Positions 19,187 to 28,239 of a stretch of 64,000 nt of DNA are shown here, piece after piece. Below the pieces are notes generated by a model, which saw only the letters and a program-made list of their open reading frames with translations, was not told where the DNA came from and ran no database searches. The stretch comes from Alphaproteobacteria bacterium (GTDB taxonomy: Bacteria > Pseudomonadota > Alphaproteobacteria > SMXQ01), in assembly GCA_038145705.1 (NCBI GenBank), contig JAYQQF010000009.1, positions 68,422 through 132,421 on the forward strand, written 5' to 3'. Every line of letters begins with the position of its first letter. Position 1 is the first letter of the stretch. Position numbers and translations under genes: made by a program.

Positions 19187-21772
19187 ATGGATTTCGAAAA
19201 ACTGTCCGAGCGCGTGCGCGGTTTCGTCCAGGCGGCCCAGACCAAGGCCGCCGGGCTCAAGCACCAGGAACTTTCCCCCGAACATCTGCTCAAGGTCCTG
19301 CTCGAGGACGAGGAAGGACTTTGCGCCAACCTGATGCAGGCTGCGGGTGCCGATCCCAAGGCAGCGCAGAAGGCTGTCGATGCCGAGCTTGCCCGCCGTC
19401 CCAAGGTTGAAGGCCCGGGTGCGTCGCAGGTCTATCTGGGCCGAGCCCTTGCCGCCGTTTTTGAGAGCGCCGCCGAAATCGCCAAGAAGTCCGGCGACAG
19501 TTTCGTTACCGTCGAGCGCATCCTGCTGGCGCTCGCCATGGCCGCCGGTACGCCCGCGGCGAAGATCCTCAAGGATGCGGGCCTTACGCCGCAGGCATTG
19601 AATTCCGCCATCAACGACCTGCGCAAGGGGCGCACCGCCGACACGGCTAGCGCCGAGCAGGGTTATGACGCGCTCAAGAAATACGCGCGCGACCTGACTG
19701 CCGTCGCCCGCGAAGGAAAGCTCGACCCCGTCATCGGGCGCGACGACGAAATCCGCCGCACCATCCAGGTGTTGTCGCGGCGCACCAAGAACAACCCGGT
19801 GCTGATCGGCGAACCCGGCGTCGGCAAGACAGCCATCGCCGAGGGCCTGGCACTGCGCATCGTCAACGGCGACGTGCCAGAGGGCCTCAAGCGCAAGCGA
19901 CTCCTGTCCCTCGACCTCGGCGCGCTGATCGCGGGTGCCAAGTTCCGCGGCGAATTCGAAGAACGCCTCAAGGCCGTGCTGCAGGAAATCTCGGCCGCGG
20001 GCGGCGAGGTAATCGTGTTCATCGACGAGTTGCACACGCTGGTCGGGGCGGGCGCGGCCGAAGGCGCGATGGATGCGTCCAACATGCTGAAGCCCGCGCT
20101 TGCGCGCGGCGAGCTGCATTGCGTCGGCGCCACGACCCTCGATGAATACCGCAAGCACATCGAAAAGGATGCGGCCCTTGCACGGCGCTTCCAGCCGCTT
20201 CTGGTCAGCGAGCCGACGGTGGAAGACACCATTTCGATCCTGCGCGGGATCAAGGAAAAATACGAGCTGCACCACGGCGTGCGGATTTCCGATTCGGCCC
20301 TTGTCGCTGCCGCGACCCTGTCCAACCGCTATATCGCCGACCGATTCCTGCCCGACAAGGCCATCGACCTGATGGACGAGGCGGCGAGCCGGCTGCGCAT
20401 GGAAGTCGATTCGAAGCCTGAAGACATTGACGAACTGGACCGGCGCATCATCCAGCTCAAAATCGAACGCGAGGCCCTGCGCAAGGAAGACGATGCCGCG
20501 TCCCGCGACCGGCTGGTGGCGCTTGAAAAGGACCTTACCGATCTCGAAGCGAAGTCGAAGGACCTGACGGCCGCGTGGCAGGCGGGCAAGGAGAAACTTG
20601 CCTCCGCCCAGAAGATCAAGGAGGAGCTGGACAAGGCCCGCTCCGAGCTCGAGATCGCGAGCCGCGAGGGCAACCTCGCGCGCGCGGGCGAGCTGACCTA
20701 TGGCGTCATTCCCGATCTGGAAAAGAAGCTCAAGTCGGCCGAAAGCGAAGGCAGCGCAGTGAAGGAGGAAGTCTCGCCCGAGAACATCGCCTCTGTCGTC
20801 TCGCGCTGGACGGGCATCCCCGTCGACAAGATGCTGGAAGGCGAGCGCGAGAAGCTCCTGCACATGGAGGAAAAGCTCGGCGAGCGGGTGATCGGACAGA
20901 AACAGGCGATCGAGGCCGTGTCCAACGCCGTGCGCCGCGCGCGCGCGGGCCTGCAGGATCCGAACCGGCCCATCGGCTCGTTCATGTTCCTGGGCCCGAC
21001 CGGCGTCGGCAAGACGGAACTGACCAAGGCCCTTGCCGAATTCCTGTTCGATGACGACACGGCCATGGTGCGCATCGACATGTCGGAATACATGGAAAAG
21101 CACGCGGTGGCGCGTCTGATCGGCGCACCTCCGGGCTATGTCGGCTACGAAGAAGGCGGCGCGCTGACCGAGGCCATCCGCCGCCGTCCCTATCAGGTCG
21201 TGCTGTTCGACGAGATCGAGAAGGCGCACCCGGACGTGTTCAACGTGCTGTTGCAGGTGCTCGACGATGGCCGCCTGACCGACGGCCAGGGCCGCACGGT
21301 CGATTTCACCAATACCCTGATCGTGATGACGTCGAACCTCGGTTCCGAACTGCTGGCGGCGGACGCCGGCGCGAAGGAGGTCGATGCCATGCGCGACACT
21401 GTGATGGAAGTCGTGCGCAGCCACTTCCGGCCCGAGTTCCTCAACCGCCTAGACGAGATCCTGCTGTTCCACCGCCTGACCCGCGACGAGATGGGGGCGA
21501 TCGTTTCCATCCAGTTGAAGCACCTCGAAAAGCTGCTGGCCGACCGCAAGATCACCCTCAAGCTCGACCAGGGTGCCAAGGACTGGCTGGCGAACGCGGG
21601 CTTCGATCCCGTCTATGGCGCGCGGCCCTTGAAGCGCGTCATCCAGCGCGCACTCCAGAACCCGCTCGCGACCCTGCTGCTCGAAGGGGCGGTCGTGGAC
21701 GGCGAAACGGTCAAGGTCAGCGCCGGGGCGGACGGCCTTTCCATCAACGGCAAGGTGGCCCGCGCGGCCTGA
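19187..21772 (+). CDS. clpB: ATP-dependent chaperone ClpB
   Basis: Two AAA+ modules with Walker A motifs ([16 protein letters not shown]), a middle coiled-coil and a Clp N-domain. 861 aa. Confidence 0.95.
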   Translation: MDFEKLSERVRGFVQAAQTKAAGLKHQELSPEHLLKVLLEDEEGLCANLMQAAGADPKAAQKAVDAELARRPKVEGPGASQVYLGRALAAVFESAAEIAKKSGDSFVTVERILLALAMAAGTPAAKILKDAGLTPQALNSAINDLRKGRTADTASAEQGYDALKKYARDLTAVAREGKLDPVIGRDDEIRRTIQVLSRRTKNNPVLIGEPGVGKTAIAEGLALRIVNGDVPEGLKRKRLLSLDLGALIAGAKFRGEFEERLKAVLQEISAAGGEVIVFIDELHTLVGAGAAEGAMDASNMLKPALARGELHCVGATTLDEYRKHIEKDAALARRFQPLLVSEPTVEDTISILRGIKEKYELHHGVRISDSALVAAATLSNRYIADRFLPDKAIDLMDEAASRLRMEVDSKPEDIDELDRRIIQLKIEREALRKEDDAASRDRLVALEKDLTDLEAKSKDLTAAWQAGKEKLASAQKIKEELDKARSELEIASREGNLARAGELTYGVIPDLEKKLKSAESEGSAVKEEVSPENIASVVSRWTGIPVDKMLEGEREKLLHMEEKLGERVIGQKQAIEAVSNAVRRARAGLQDPNRPIGSFMFLGPTGVGKTELTKALAEFLFDDDTAMVRIDMSEYMEKHAVARLIGAPPGYVGYEEGGALTEAIRRRPYQVVLFDEIEKAHPDVFNVLLQVLDDGRLTDGQGRTVDFTNTLIVMTSNLGSELLAADAGAKEVDAMRDTVMEVVRSHFRPEFLNRLDEILLFHRLTRDEMGAIVSIQLKHLEKLLADRKITLKLDQGAKDWLANAGFDPVYGARPLKRVIQRALQNPLATLLLEGAVVDGETVKVSAGADGLSINGKVARAA

Positions 21773-21824
21773 CGAAGCCTACGGGCGCGATTACAAGTCC
21801 GGGCCTTTGTGGTAGAAGGCTTGC

Positions 21825-22784
21825 ATGACTGCGCCTCTGACCAAGAGCGATAAAATCTACGTGGCGGGCCACGGCGGCCTTGTCGGCGGCGCCGTGGTGC
21901 GCGCCCTCAAGGCGCGCGGCTACGGCAATGTCCTGACGGCACGCCATCGCGATCTTGAGCTTACCGATCAGCAGGCGGTGCGCGCCTTCTTCGCGCGCGA
22001 GAAGCCTGCCGCCATCATCATGTGCGCGGCGCGCGTCGGCGGTATCGTTGCCAACGACAGCTACCCTGCCGATTTCATCGCCGACAACCTGATGATCCAG
22101 ACCAACACCATCGATGCCGCCTGGCGCGAGGGGGCGAAGAAATTCGTCTTCATGGGCACGTCCTGCATCTATCCGCGCGAGCCCGCGCGCATGCCGATCA
22201 CCGAGGACCTGCTGCTGACCGGCCCGCTGGAGCAGACAAACCAGTGGTACGCGGTGGCCAAGATCGCCGGCATCAAGATGTGCGAGGCCTATCGTCGCCA
22301 GCATGGTTTCGATGCGGTCAGCGTCATGCCCGCCAATCTCTATGGCCCGGGCGATTATTTCGATCTGGAAAAGGCCCATGTCATCCCGGCGCTGATGCGC
22401 AAGTTTCACGAAGCGAAACTGGCAGGGGCGAAATCGGTAACGGTCTGGGGCACCGGCAAGCCGCGGCGCGAATTTCTTTATGTCGACGACCTGGCGGAGG
22501 CGACGGTTTTCGTCATGGAAAACTACAGCGCGCCGGAACTGGTCAACATCGGCACCGGCGAGGACATCGCCATCGGTGATCTCGCCCGCCTGATCGCAGA
22601 CATCGTCGGTTTTGAAGGCAAACTGGAATTCGATACCTCGCGCCCGGATGGCGTTGCCCGCCGTATCCTCGATTCATCGAAGCTGGACAGGCTTGGCTGG
22701 CGGGCCAGCACTTCGCTGGAAGACGGGCTGCGGCGGACCTATGCCTGGTTCGCGGAAAATTTCGAAACCGCCCGCCTGGGCTGA
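21825..22784 (+). CDS. fcl: GDP-L-fucose synthase (GDP-4-keto-6-deoxy-D-mannose 3,5-epimerase-4-reductase)
   Basis: Near-collinear with E. coli Fcl (GGIVANDSYPADFI...SCIYP...GPGDYF...VIPALMRKFHEA). Confidence 0.85.
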   Translation: MTAPLTKSDKIYVAGHGGLVGGAVVRALKARGYGNVLTARHRDLELTDQQAVRAFFAREKPAAIIMCAARVGGIVANDSYPADFIADNLMIQTNTIDAAWREGAKKFVFMGTSCIYPREPARMPITEDLLLTGPLEQTNQWYAVAKIAGIKMCEAYRRQHGFDAVSVMPANLYGPGDYFDLEKAHVIPALMRKFHEAKLAGAKSVTVWGTGKPRREFLYVDDLAEATVFVMENYSAPELVNIGTGEDIAIGDLARLIADIVGFEGKLEFDTSRPDGVARRILDSSKLDRLGWRASTSLEDGLRRTYAWFAENFETARLG

Positions 22785-22800
22785 GTCCCGCAGACAGGTT

Positions 22801-23787
22801 TTACTTTGCCTGCCGCTGGGCCTGGTGCCAGCGCCAGGCATCGCCGATGATTTTCTCGATACCTGAGCGTTTTGCTTCCCACGCCAGAATTTCGCGGGCG
22901 CGCGCAGGGTCGGCGACAAGGGCCGGGGGGTCGCCGGGCCGCCGCGGCGCCTGGATGGTCGGGATTTTCCGGCCGGTGACTTTTTCCGCCGCTGCGATGA
23001 CGTTCCTGACCGAATGGCCGGCCCCCGTGCCGAGGTTGAGGCTTTCGCCCGGGTCGCCCGCCAGCAGGCTGCGCAGGGCGGCCACATGGGCATCGGCCAG
23101 GTCGCAGACATGGATGTAGTCGCGAATGCAGGTGCCGTCGGGTGTCGGGTAGTCGTTGCCGAACACCGATATGTTCGACCGCAGCCCGGCTGCCGCATCG
23201 AGGACGAGCGGAATGAGATGGGTTTCCGGGTCGTGGCATTCGCCGATCTCGCCGTCGGGGTCGGCGCCGGCGGCATTGAAATAACGCAGCGCATAGGAAC
23301 GGAACCCATAAGCCTGCCGGTAGTCGTCGAGGATCTGTTCGATCATCAGCTTGCTGCGGCCGTAAGGGTTGATCGGCCGACAGGGCTCCGATTCGGGGAT
23401 AGGCACGGACTCGGGAACGCCATAAAGCGCACTGGTGCTGGAAAACACCAGGCAGTCGACGCCCGCGTCCCTCAGCGCATCGAGCAGCGACATCGTGCCG
23501 CCGACGTTGTTGCGATAGTAGAGATCGGGTTTTTCGACGGATTCGCCGACACAGATGTAAGCTGCGAAGTGAATCACCCCGGCGGGACGATGCTTTTTGA
23601 TAACGGCATCGAGGCGGGTCCGGTCGTGGAGGTCCCCCTGTTCAAGTGGACCCCATTTCACGGCGGAAGCATGGCCGCGCGCGAGGTTGTCATAAGTGAC
23701 GGGGACGAATCCGGCATGGGCCAGCGTCTTGCAGGTATGGCTGCCGATATAGCCGGCGCCACCGGTGACGAGGATGGTCTGGGTCAT
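22801..23787 (-). CDS. galE: UDP-glucose 4-epimerase
   Basis: Motifs GGAGYIGSH and YGRSK plus GalE-like length. The ATG at 23785-23787, preceded by GGAGGA, is preferred over the upstream TTG. Confidence 0.85.
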   Translation of the reverse strand: MTQTILVTGGAGYIGSHTCKTLAHAGFVPVTYDNLARGHASAVKWGPLEQGDLHDRTRLDAVIKKHRPAGVIHFAAYICVGESVEKPDLYYRNNVGGTMSLLDALRDAGVDCLVFSSTSALYGVPESVPIPESEPCRPINPYGRSKLMIEQILDDYRQAYGFRSYALRYFNAAGADPDGEIGECHDPETHLIPLVLDAAAGLRSNISVFGNDYPTPDGTCIRDYIHVCDLADAHVAALRSLLAGDPGESLNLGTGAGHSVRNVIAAAEKVTGRKIPTIQAPRRPGDPPALVADPARAREILAWEAKRSGIEKIIGDAWRWHQAQRQAK

Positions 23788-23827
23788 GTCCTGCCCGTCC
23801 TCCAATGGCTGCCGGGTGTGGCCGGTA

Positions 23828-25300
23828 TCAGGGCCCGCCCACGCCGAGTTGCTGTTCTGCCCTGGCGCGGGCGGCCCGGGTTTTCTTCGGCGCGCCGGCG
23901 CGGCGCCCGTCGGCAGGCACCGCCGGCAGGGCTGCGAAGGTGCTGTCTATTTCCTGGCGCGCCGAGAGGAAGCGGTTGCGCTCGGCGCCGTGCAGGGTGC
24001 GCCCGGTCGGCAGCTTGATCGACAGCGGATTCATGTGCCGGTTGTTGTAGAGCACTTCGTAGTGCAGGTGCGGGCCGGTCGAGCGCCCGGTGGTGCCGAC
24101 ATAGCCGATGATCTGGCCCTGGCTCACGCGTGCGCCGCGGTTGATGCCCTTGGCGAAGCGGCTCATGTGGGCGTAGGCAGTCGAATAGGTCGTGTTGTGA
24201 CGGATGCGGACGTAGCGGCCATAGGCGCCGTTCCAGCGCGCATCGACCACCACGCCGCGGCCTGCCGCCATGATCGGAGTGCCGGTCGGAGCGGCGAAGT
24301 CGATGCCCTTGTGCACCTTGGTATAGCCGAGGATGGGATGGCGCCGCTTGCCGAAGCGAGACGACAGGCGGGCGCCGTCGATGGGCGTGCGCATCAGCGC
24401 CTTGCGGGTGCTTTCGCCCTTGCCGTTGAAGTAGTCCCAGGTACCGTCGTCGCCGCGGAAGCGGTAAATCTCGAGCTTCTTGCCCGAAAGTGTCAGCGCC
24501 GCGTAGATGACGTCGCCGGAACCGACGACGTTTCCTTCGGTATCCTTGATGCGGTCGAACAGCAGGTCGAAACGGTCCTGGGGCTGGATATCGCGCTGGA
24601 AATCGACGTCATAGGAAAAGGCGCGGATCATCTCGACGATTACGGGCGGCGGCACGCCGGCATTCACCGAATCGACGTAAAGGCTGTTTTCGATACTGGC
24701 CGAGGCGCGGGTCTGTTCGTGAGTCAGCTTGGTTTTCGACAGATAGGCCTCGAATGCATTGTCCCAGGTGCGGGCGACGCCGACGGTTTCACGGATGGAC
24801 GGCATGAATTCGAAGCCGCGGAAGGATTCGCCCGCCTTGTTGTCGGGACCAAGGGGCTGGAAGCTCAGTTCCAGCTCGGTCCCGGCCACCAGTTCGCGCG
24901 GGTTGAACACCTTGCGCAGGGCGGAGACGGCCGCATGGGCATCATCGGAACGTACCCGCGCGCGGGCGAGTACCGTCGTCAGGGTGTCGCCGCTGCGCAC
25001 TTTCACGACCCGGGTGACGCTCCTTTGGCGATTTTCAAGAGCGCTATCGGGGGTGGTCAGGGACAGGACCGCCTGCCGGGCGTCGATGCGTGCCTCGTGG
25101 TCGGCGGGCGCCAGCGCGTCCCCGCGCGGCGCCGGCGCGATCCATGGTGCGACCCAGATCGCGACGCCCCAGGTCAGGGCGCCGATGGCGGCGGCGGTGA
25201 CGAGGCCCGGCTTCGGCAGGTACTGCGGCAGGCGCTGCCACCAGCGTCGTTCGACGGGCGGGGGGGAAGTCTGGTCGGATAAGGGGGTCTGGGAAGTCAT
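23828..25300 (-). CDS. M23 family metallopeptidase with an N-terminal membrane anchor
   Basis: C-terminal LytM/M23 domain (HKGIDFAAPTGTPI...GTTGRSTGPHLHYEV) and an N-terminal TM helix. The start MTSQTPL at 25298-25300 is chosen over the 899-aa ORF extension. Confidence 0.8.
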   Translation of the reverse strand: MTSQTPLSDQTSPPPVERRWWQRLPQYLPKPGLVTAAAIGALTWGVAIWVAPWIAPAPRGDALAPADHEARIDARQAVLSLTTPDSALENRQRSVTRVVKVRSGDTLTTVLARARVRSDDAHAAVSALRKVFNPRELVAGTELELSFQPLGPDNKAGESFRGFEFMPSIRETVGVARTWDNAFEAYLSKTKLTHEQTRASASIENSLYVDSVNAGVPPPVIVEMIRAFSYDVDFQRDIQPQDRFDLLFDRIKDTEGNVVGSGDVIYAALTLSGKKLEIYRFRGDDGTWDYFNGKGESTRKALMRTPIDGARLSSRFGKRRHPILGYTKVHKGIDFAAPTGTPIMAAGRGVVVDARWNGAYGRYVRIRHNTTYSTAYAHMSRFAKGINRGARVSQGQIIGYVGTTGRSTGPHLHYEVLYNNRHMNPLSIKLPTGRTLHGAERNRFLSARQEIDSTFAALPAVPADGRRAGAPKKTRAARARAEQQLGVGGP

Positions 25301-25579
25301 CGAATTCCGGTGACGTTGATATGCGCCTCTGTCCGTTTGCGGTCCTTTTCGCCCGGCGACCGCGAACAGGGGTGAAATTCCGGCCTCCCGAGCCGTGCCT
25401 GCCATCGGCAAACCGTTTACCGGTCTTAAGGCTGGCCGCAGCAGAATGGAGTCAAGCCCCCGCGCTGTCAACAAGGGGCCGGAGGATTTCCGGGGTTTTC
25501 GCTCGCATATGAAAATGATATCGCTACCGCGCGAACGTCGGGCCGGCACAGGCAAGCCGGTTTGGGGATACGGGAAAAA

Positions 25580-26560
25580 ATGGGCGAGAACACGGGTTTT
25601 TCGACACGACAACTCGCGATCATCGAGAGGATTTTCGGTGTCGCGGGGCGGCCCGAGGGCGACGCCATCGTCATCGGCGACAGAAAAATCCCGGTTCGCG
25701 ACGGCGTCATTCTGCTGGATGAGGCGGTCGCCGCGGGCGAGGCGCTCAAGAGCGACGTCATTCGCTCCTTCGGCAACGAATGGCAGGCCTTTGCCGACCT
25801 CAAGCCCGAACATCAGCTCGAATTCGATTGCTATTTCGACGTCGTCGAGGTTGCCGGGCTTGCGGGCAAGTCGGTGATCGACCTCGGCTGCGGCATGGGG
25901 CGCTGGTCGCGTATCCTGATGGACCGCACCACGCCGGACTTCCTCGTTTGCGTGGATCTGTCCGATGCCATTTTCGTTGCCCGCGAAAACCTCAAGGGTT
26001 GCGACAACGTCGTGTTCATCAAGGCGGACCTCGAACACCTCGACTTTCCGGGATTCCGGTTCGACTTCGCCTTTTCGCTGGGTGTTCTGCATCATATTCC
26101 CGCCGGTATCGAGACGGCGGTGGGAAATATCCACGGCTATGCTGCCCGCTTTCTTTGCTATCTTTATTACAGCCTTGAAAACCGGGGCCTCGGCTTTCGC
26201 CTGCTGTTCGGCGCGGCGACCTTGGTGCGCAAGGTTCTGTCGTCGATCGGACATGAGGGCACGCGCCGCTTCCTGTCCTGGCTGATCGCGGTCTTCGTCT
26301 ACAAGCCGCTGACGCTGATCGCTGATCTCGCGGGCGCGCTTGGCATGAACAAGGAGCGCGTGCCGCTCAACGCCTATTGCGGGTTTTCGATCGGCCGTAT
26401 CCAGCAGGATGCCTATGATCGCTTCTTCACCAAGGTCGAGCATAGGTTTTCGCGCGCCGACATCCAGCGCATCTTTTCGCCTTACTGGGAGCGGATAACG
26501 ATCTCGGACATTCAGCCGTTCTGGCATTTCTTTTGCGAGGGACGGCGGGAGAGACGATGA
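25580..26560 (+). CDS. class I SAM-dependent methyltransferase
   Basis: SAM-binding motif VIDLGCGMGRWS. ATG at 25580. Confidence 0.7.
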   Translation: MGENTGFSTRQLAIIERIFGVAGRPEGDAIVIGDRKIPVRDGVILLDEAVAAGEALKSDVIRSFGNEWQAFADLKPEHQLEFDCYFDVVEVAGLAGKSVIDLGCGMGRWSRILMDRTTPDFLVCVDLSDAIFVARENLKGCDNVVFIKADLEHLDFPGFRFDFAFSLGVLHHIPAGIETAVGNIHGYAARFLCYLYYSLENRGLGFRLLFGAATLVRKVLSSIGHEGTRRFLSWLIAVFVYKPLTLIADLAGALGMNKERVPLNAYCGFSIGRIQQDAYDRFFTKVEHRFSRADIQRIFSPYWERITISDIQPFWHFFCEGRRERR

Positions 26561-27438
26561 CCTGGATTTCGTCCGTCGCCGGCAAACTGCCCTGGTGGGC
26601 GAAGATCGCGGGAAAGGTCGTCCTTTCCAGGCTGCCGGTCAGCGGCAAGGTGTGGCAGAAGATCGGCCTGTTTTCGCCGGGCCTGATGTGGCGGCCCGAT
26701 TACGCCATCGGCGTGTTCGATTTCCATTACCGCGCGGCGGGATCGCCCGCGGCGGGCTTTTCCTACCTGGAACTCGGCCCGGGGGATTCCGTGGCCTCGG
26801 CTGTCGTCGGCAAGGCCTATGGCGCGGCGCGAGCGTGGCTGGTCGATTCGGGGTCCTATGCCAGCCGGGACATGGATCTGTACCGGGAAGTGGTGCGGCG
26901 CCTCGCGGCGGAACGGCCGGGCACAGACCTCTCCGTCTTGCGCGATGCGCCGGGCCTCGACGCACTGCTGCAGGCCTGCGCGACGACCTTCCTTGAACAG
27001 GGCCTAGCCAGCCTCAAGCAGGTGCCGGCCGAAAGCTGCGATTTCATCTTTTCCGAAGCGGTGCTGGAGCACGTGCCCCTTGGCGAATTCGATGCCGTCA
27101 TGGGCGAACTGCACCGCATCCTGAAGCCGGGCGGGGTCGCCACGCACCGGGTCGATTTCCGCGATCACCTGGGCGGCGGCTGGAATAACCTGAGGTTTTC
27201 CGCCGATCTCTGGGAGTCGCCGTGGTTCGCCCTGCGGTCGGGGTTCTACACCAATCGGCTGCGTCTTTCGGTAATGACCGCGAGGCTGCAGGCAGCCGGT
27301 TTCGCTGTTGAGGTGTCGCAGCGGTCGTCCTGGCCCGCCCCGCCGATTGCGCGGGGCCTGCTGGATGGCGGCTTCCAGGGTCTTTCCGAGGAAGACCTGA
27401 TGACCGATCAGGCCCATATCCTTGCCAGAAAACCCTAG
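26557..27438 (+). CDS. class I SAM-dependent methyltransferase (Methyltransf_11-like)
   Basis: ATGA overlap with the upstream gene. Motifs LELGPGDS and HRILKPGGV. Confidence 0.7.
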   Translation: MTWISSVAGKLPWWAKIAGKVVLSRLPVSGKVWQKIGLFSPGLMWRPDYAIGVFDFHYRAAGSPAAGFSYLELGPGDSVASAVVGKAYGAARAWLVDSGSYASRDMDLYREVVRRLAAERPGTDLSVLRDAPGLDALLQACATTFLEQGLASLKQVPAESCDFIFSEAVLEHVPLGEFDAVMGELHRILKPGGVATHRVDFRDHLGGGWNNLRFSADLWESPWFALRSGFYTNRLRLSVMTARLQAAGFAVEVSQRSSWPAPPIARGLLDGGFQGLSEEDLMTDQAHILARKP

Positions 27439-27458
27439 GGTTTCGCCCCCGAACCTAT

Positions 27459-27535
27459 ATTCACGCGATGAATCACCGGTTCATTTTTAATTAACTATCT
27501 GATAATATTGAAATATTAATATTCATGGCGTGAAT
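27459..27535. promoter_or_regulatory. cluster of dyad-symmetric ATTCAY/RTGAAT motifs (candidate operator) in an AT-rich intergenic region
   Basis: ATTCACgcgATGAAT at 27459-27473, ATGAATcaccggTTCAT at 27468-27484 and ATTCATggcGTGAAT at 27521-27535. The last is the near reverse complement of the first, with a 47-bp AT-rich spacer between them. Confidence 0.4.
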
Positions 27536-27544
27536 AATCGCGCC

Positions 27545-27573
27545 TTGACGGGGCGGTCGTTAAGCTTATAAAT
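27545..27573 (+). promoter_or_regulatory. sigma-70-like promoter (TTGACG - 17 nt - ATAAAT) for the regulator / rfaH-like operon
   Basis: A near-consensus -35 and -10 with a 17-nt spacer, 25 bp upstream of the GTG start at 27598. An RBS-like AAGGGGA precedes that start. Confidence 0.45.
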
Positions 27574-27597
27574 TGCGCAGATTCAAGGGGATAATCC

Positions 27598-28239
27598 GTG
27601 TTTTCGACGAAGCCGCGCGCCAAGACCGAACTGGATTTCCTTGCCGCCCTCGAGCGCGGCGAGGTCGTAACCCAGGCAACCCTGTCGCGCCGGATCGGCA
27701 TCGCCATCGGGCTGGTCAACGCGCTTCTCAAGCGCGCGACGCTGAAGGGCTTCGTCAAGGTTCGCACCGCCCCCTACAAGCGTTACGCCTATTACCTCAC
27801 GCCCCGCGGCTTCGCCGAGAAGAGCCGTCTGGTGGCCGAATACCTCGAAGTTTCCCTCGAATTCTTCCGCGAGGCGCGGCGCCAGTACCAGGACCTGCTC
27901 TGGCGTGCCGAACAGTCGGGCCGCAAGCGTCTTGTCTTGGTCGGCGGCGGCGAACTTGCGGAAATCGCGGTCCTTGCGTCGCGCGATCTCGGCGTCGAAC
28001 TGGTCGCCGTCGTCGATGCCGAAACCAACAGGAGCAGCCTGTTCGGCCTTCCCGTCGTGAGGAACATTGATCAGGCCGCAGATTGGGACGCCGTCATCAT
28101 TACCGACAGCAAGCGGCCGCAGGCTGTATATGACGAGATTAAGGGCATTGTGGATCCCGCACGCTTGCTGGCCCCCGAACTGCTCAAGATTACCCTTGCA
28201 CCGTCCGAGGGGCTCGAAGAGGGGGAGAGCGCCGCATGA
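27598..28239 (+). CDS. transcriptional regulator with an N-terminal winged helix-turn-helix and a C-terminal CoA-binding-type Rossmann domain (Rex-like architecture)
   Basis: wHTH (TQATLSRRIGIAIGLVNALLKRATLKGFVKV) followed by a Rossmann-like module (RLVLVGGGELAEIAVLASRDLGVELVAVVD...GLPVV...DAVII). GTG start. Its stop overlaps the next gene's start (ATGA). Confidence 0.55.
   Translation: MFSTKPRAKTELDFLAALERGEVVTQATLSRRIGIAIGLVNALLKRATLKGFVKVRTAPYKRYAYYLTPRGFAEKSRLVAEYLEVSLEFFREARRQYQDLLWRAEQSGRKRLVLVGGGELAEIAVLASRDLGVELVAVVDAETNRSSLFGLPVVRNIDQAADWDAVIITDSKRPQAVYDEIKGIVDPARLLAPELLKITLAPSEGLEEGESAA

Noticed and set aside
25360-25500. Possible cobalamin riboswitch in the 280-bp leader (GGTGAAATTCC motif; CTGCCATCGG resembling the B12-box region; CCCCCGCGCTGTCAA resembling CCCGCAACTGTAA) plus a CCGGA-loop-TCCGG hairpin followed by GGTTTT
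   Set aside because: The motifs are in the wrong 5'-to-3' order for the RF00174 architecture, and the B12 box GCCACTG is not intact. The downstream gene is a methyltransferase, not a B12-related transporter or enzyme. Without a covariance-model search (for example cmsearch with RF00174) it cannot be supported.
25301-26527. 899-aa minus-strand ORF as a giant M23 peptidase
   Set aside because: It simply lacks an in-frame stop in GC-rich DNA. The recognisable protein starts at MTSQTPL (25300) with a TM anchor, and the extension overlaps a plus-strand methyltransferase gene.
27468-27484. Rex operator (TGTGAA-N6-TTCACA) match for ATGAATcaccggTTCAT
   Set aside because: Half-site spacing is TGAA-N7-TTCA rather than N6, and the flanking TG/CA are missing. 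Only the general inverted-repeat character is retained in the findings.
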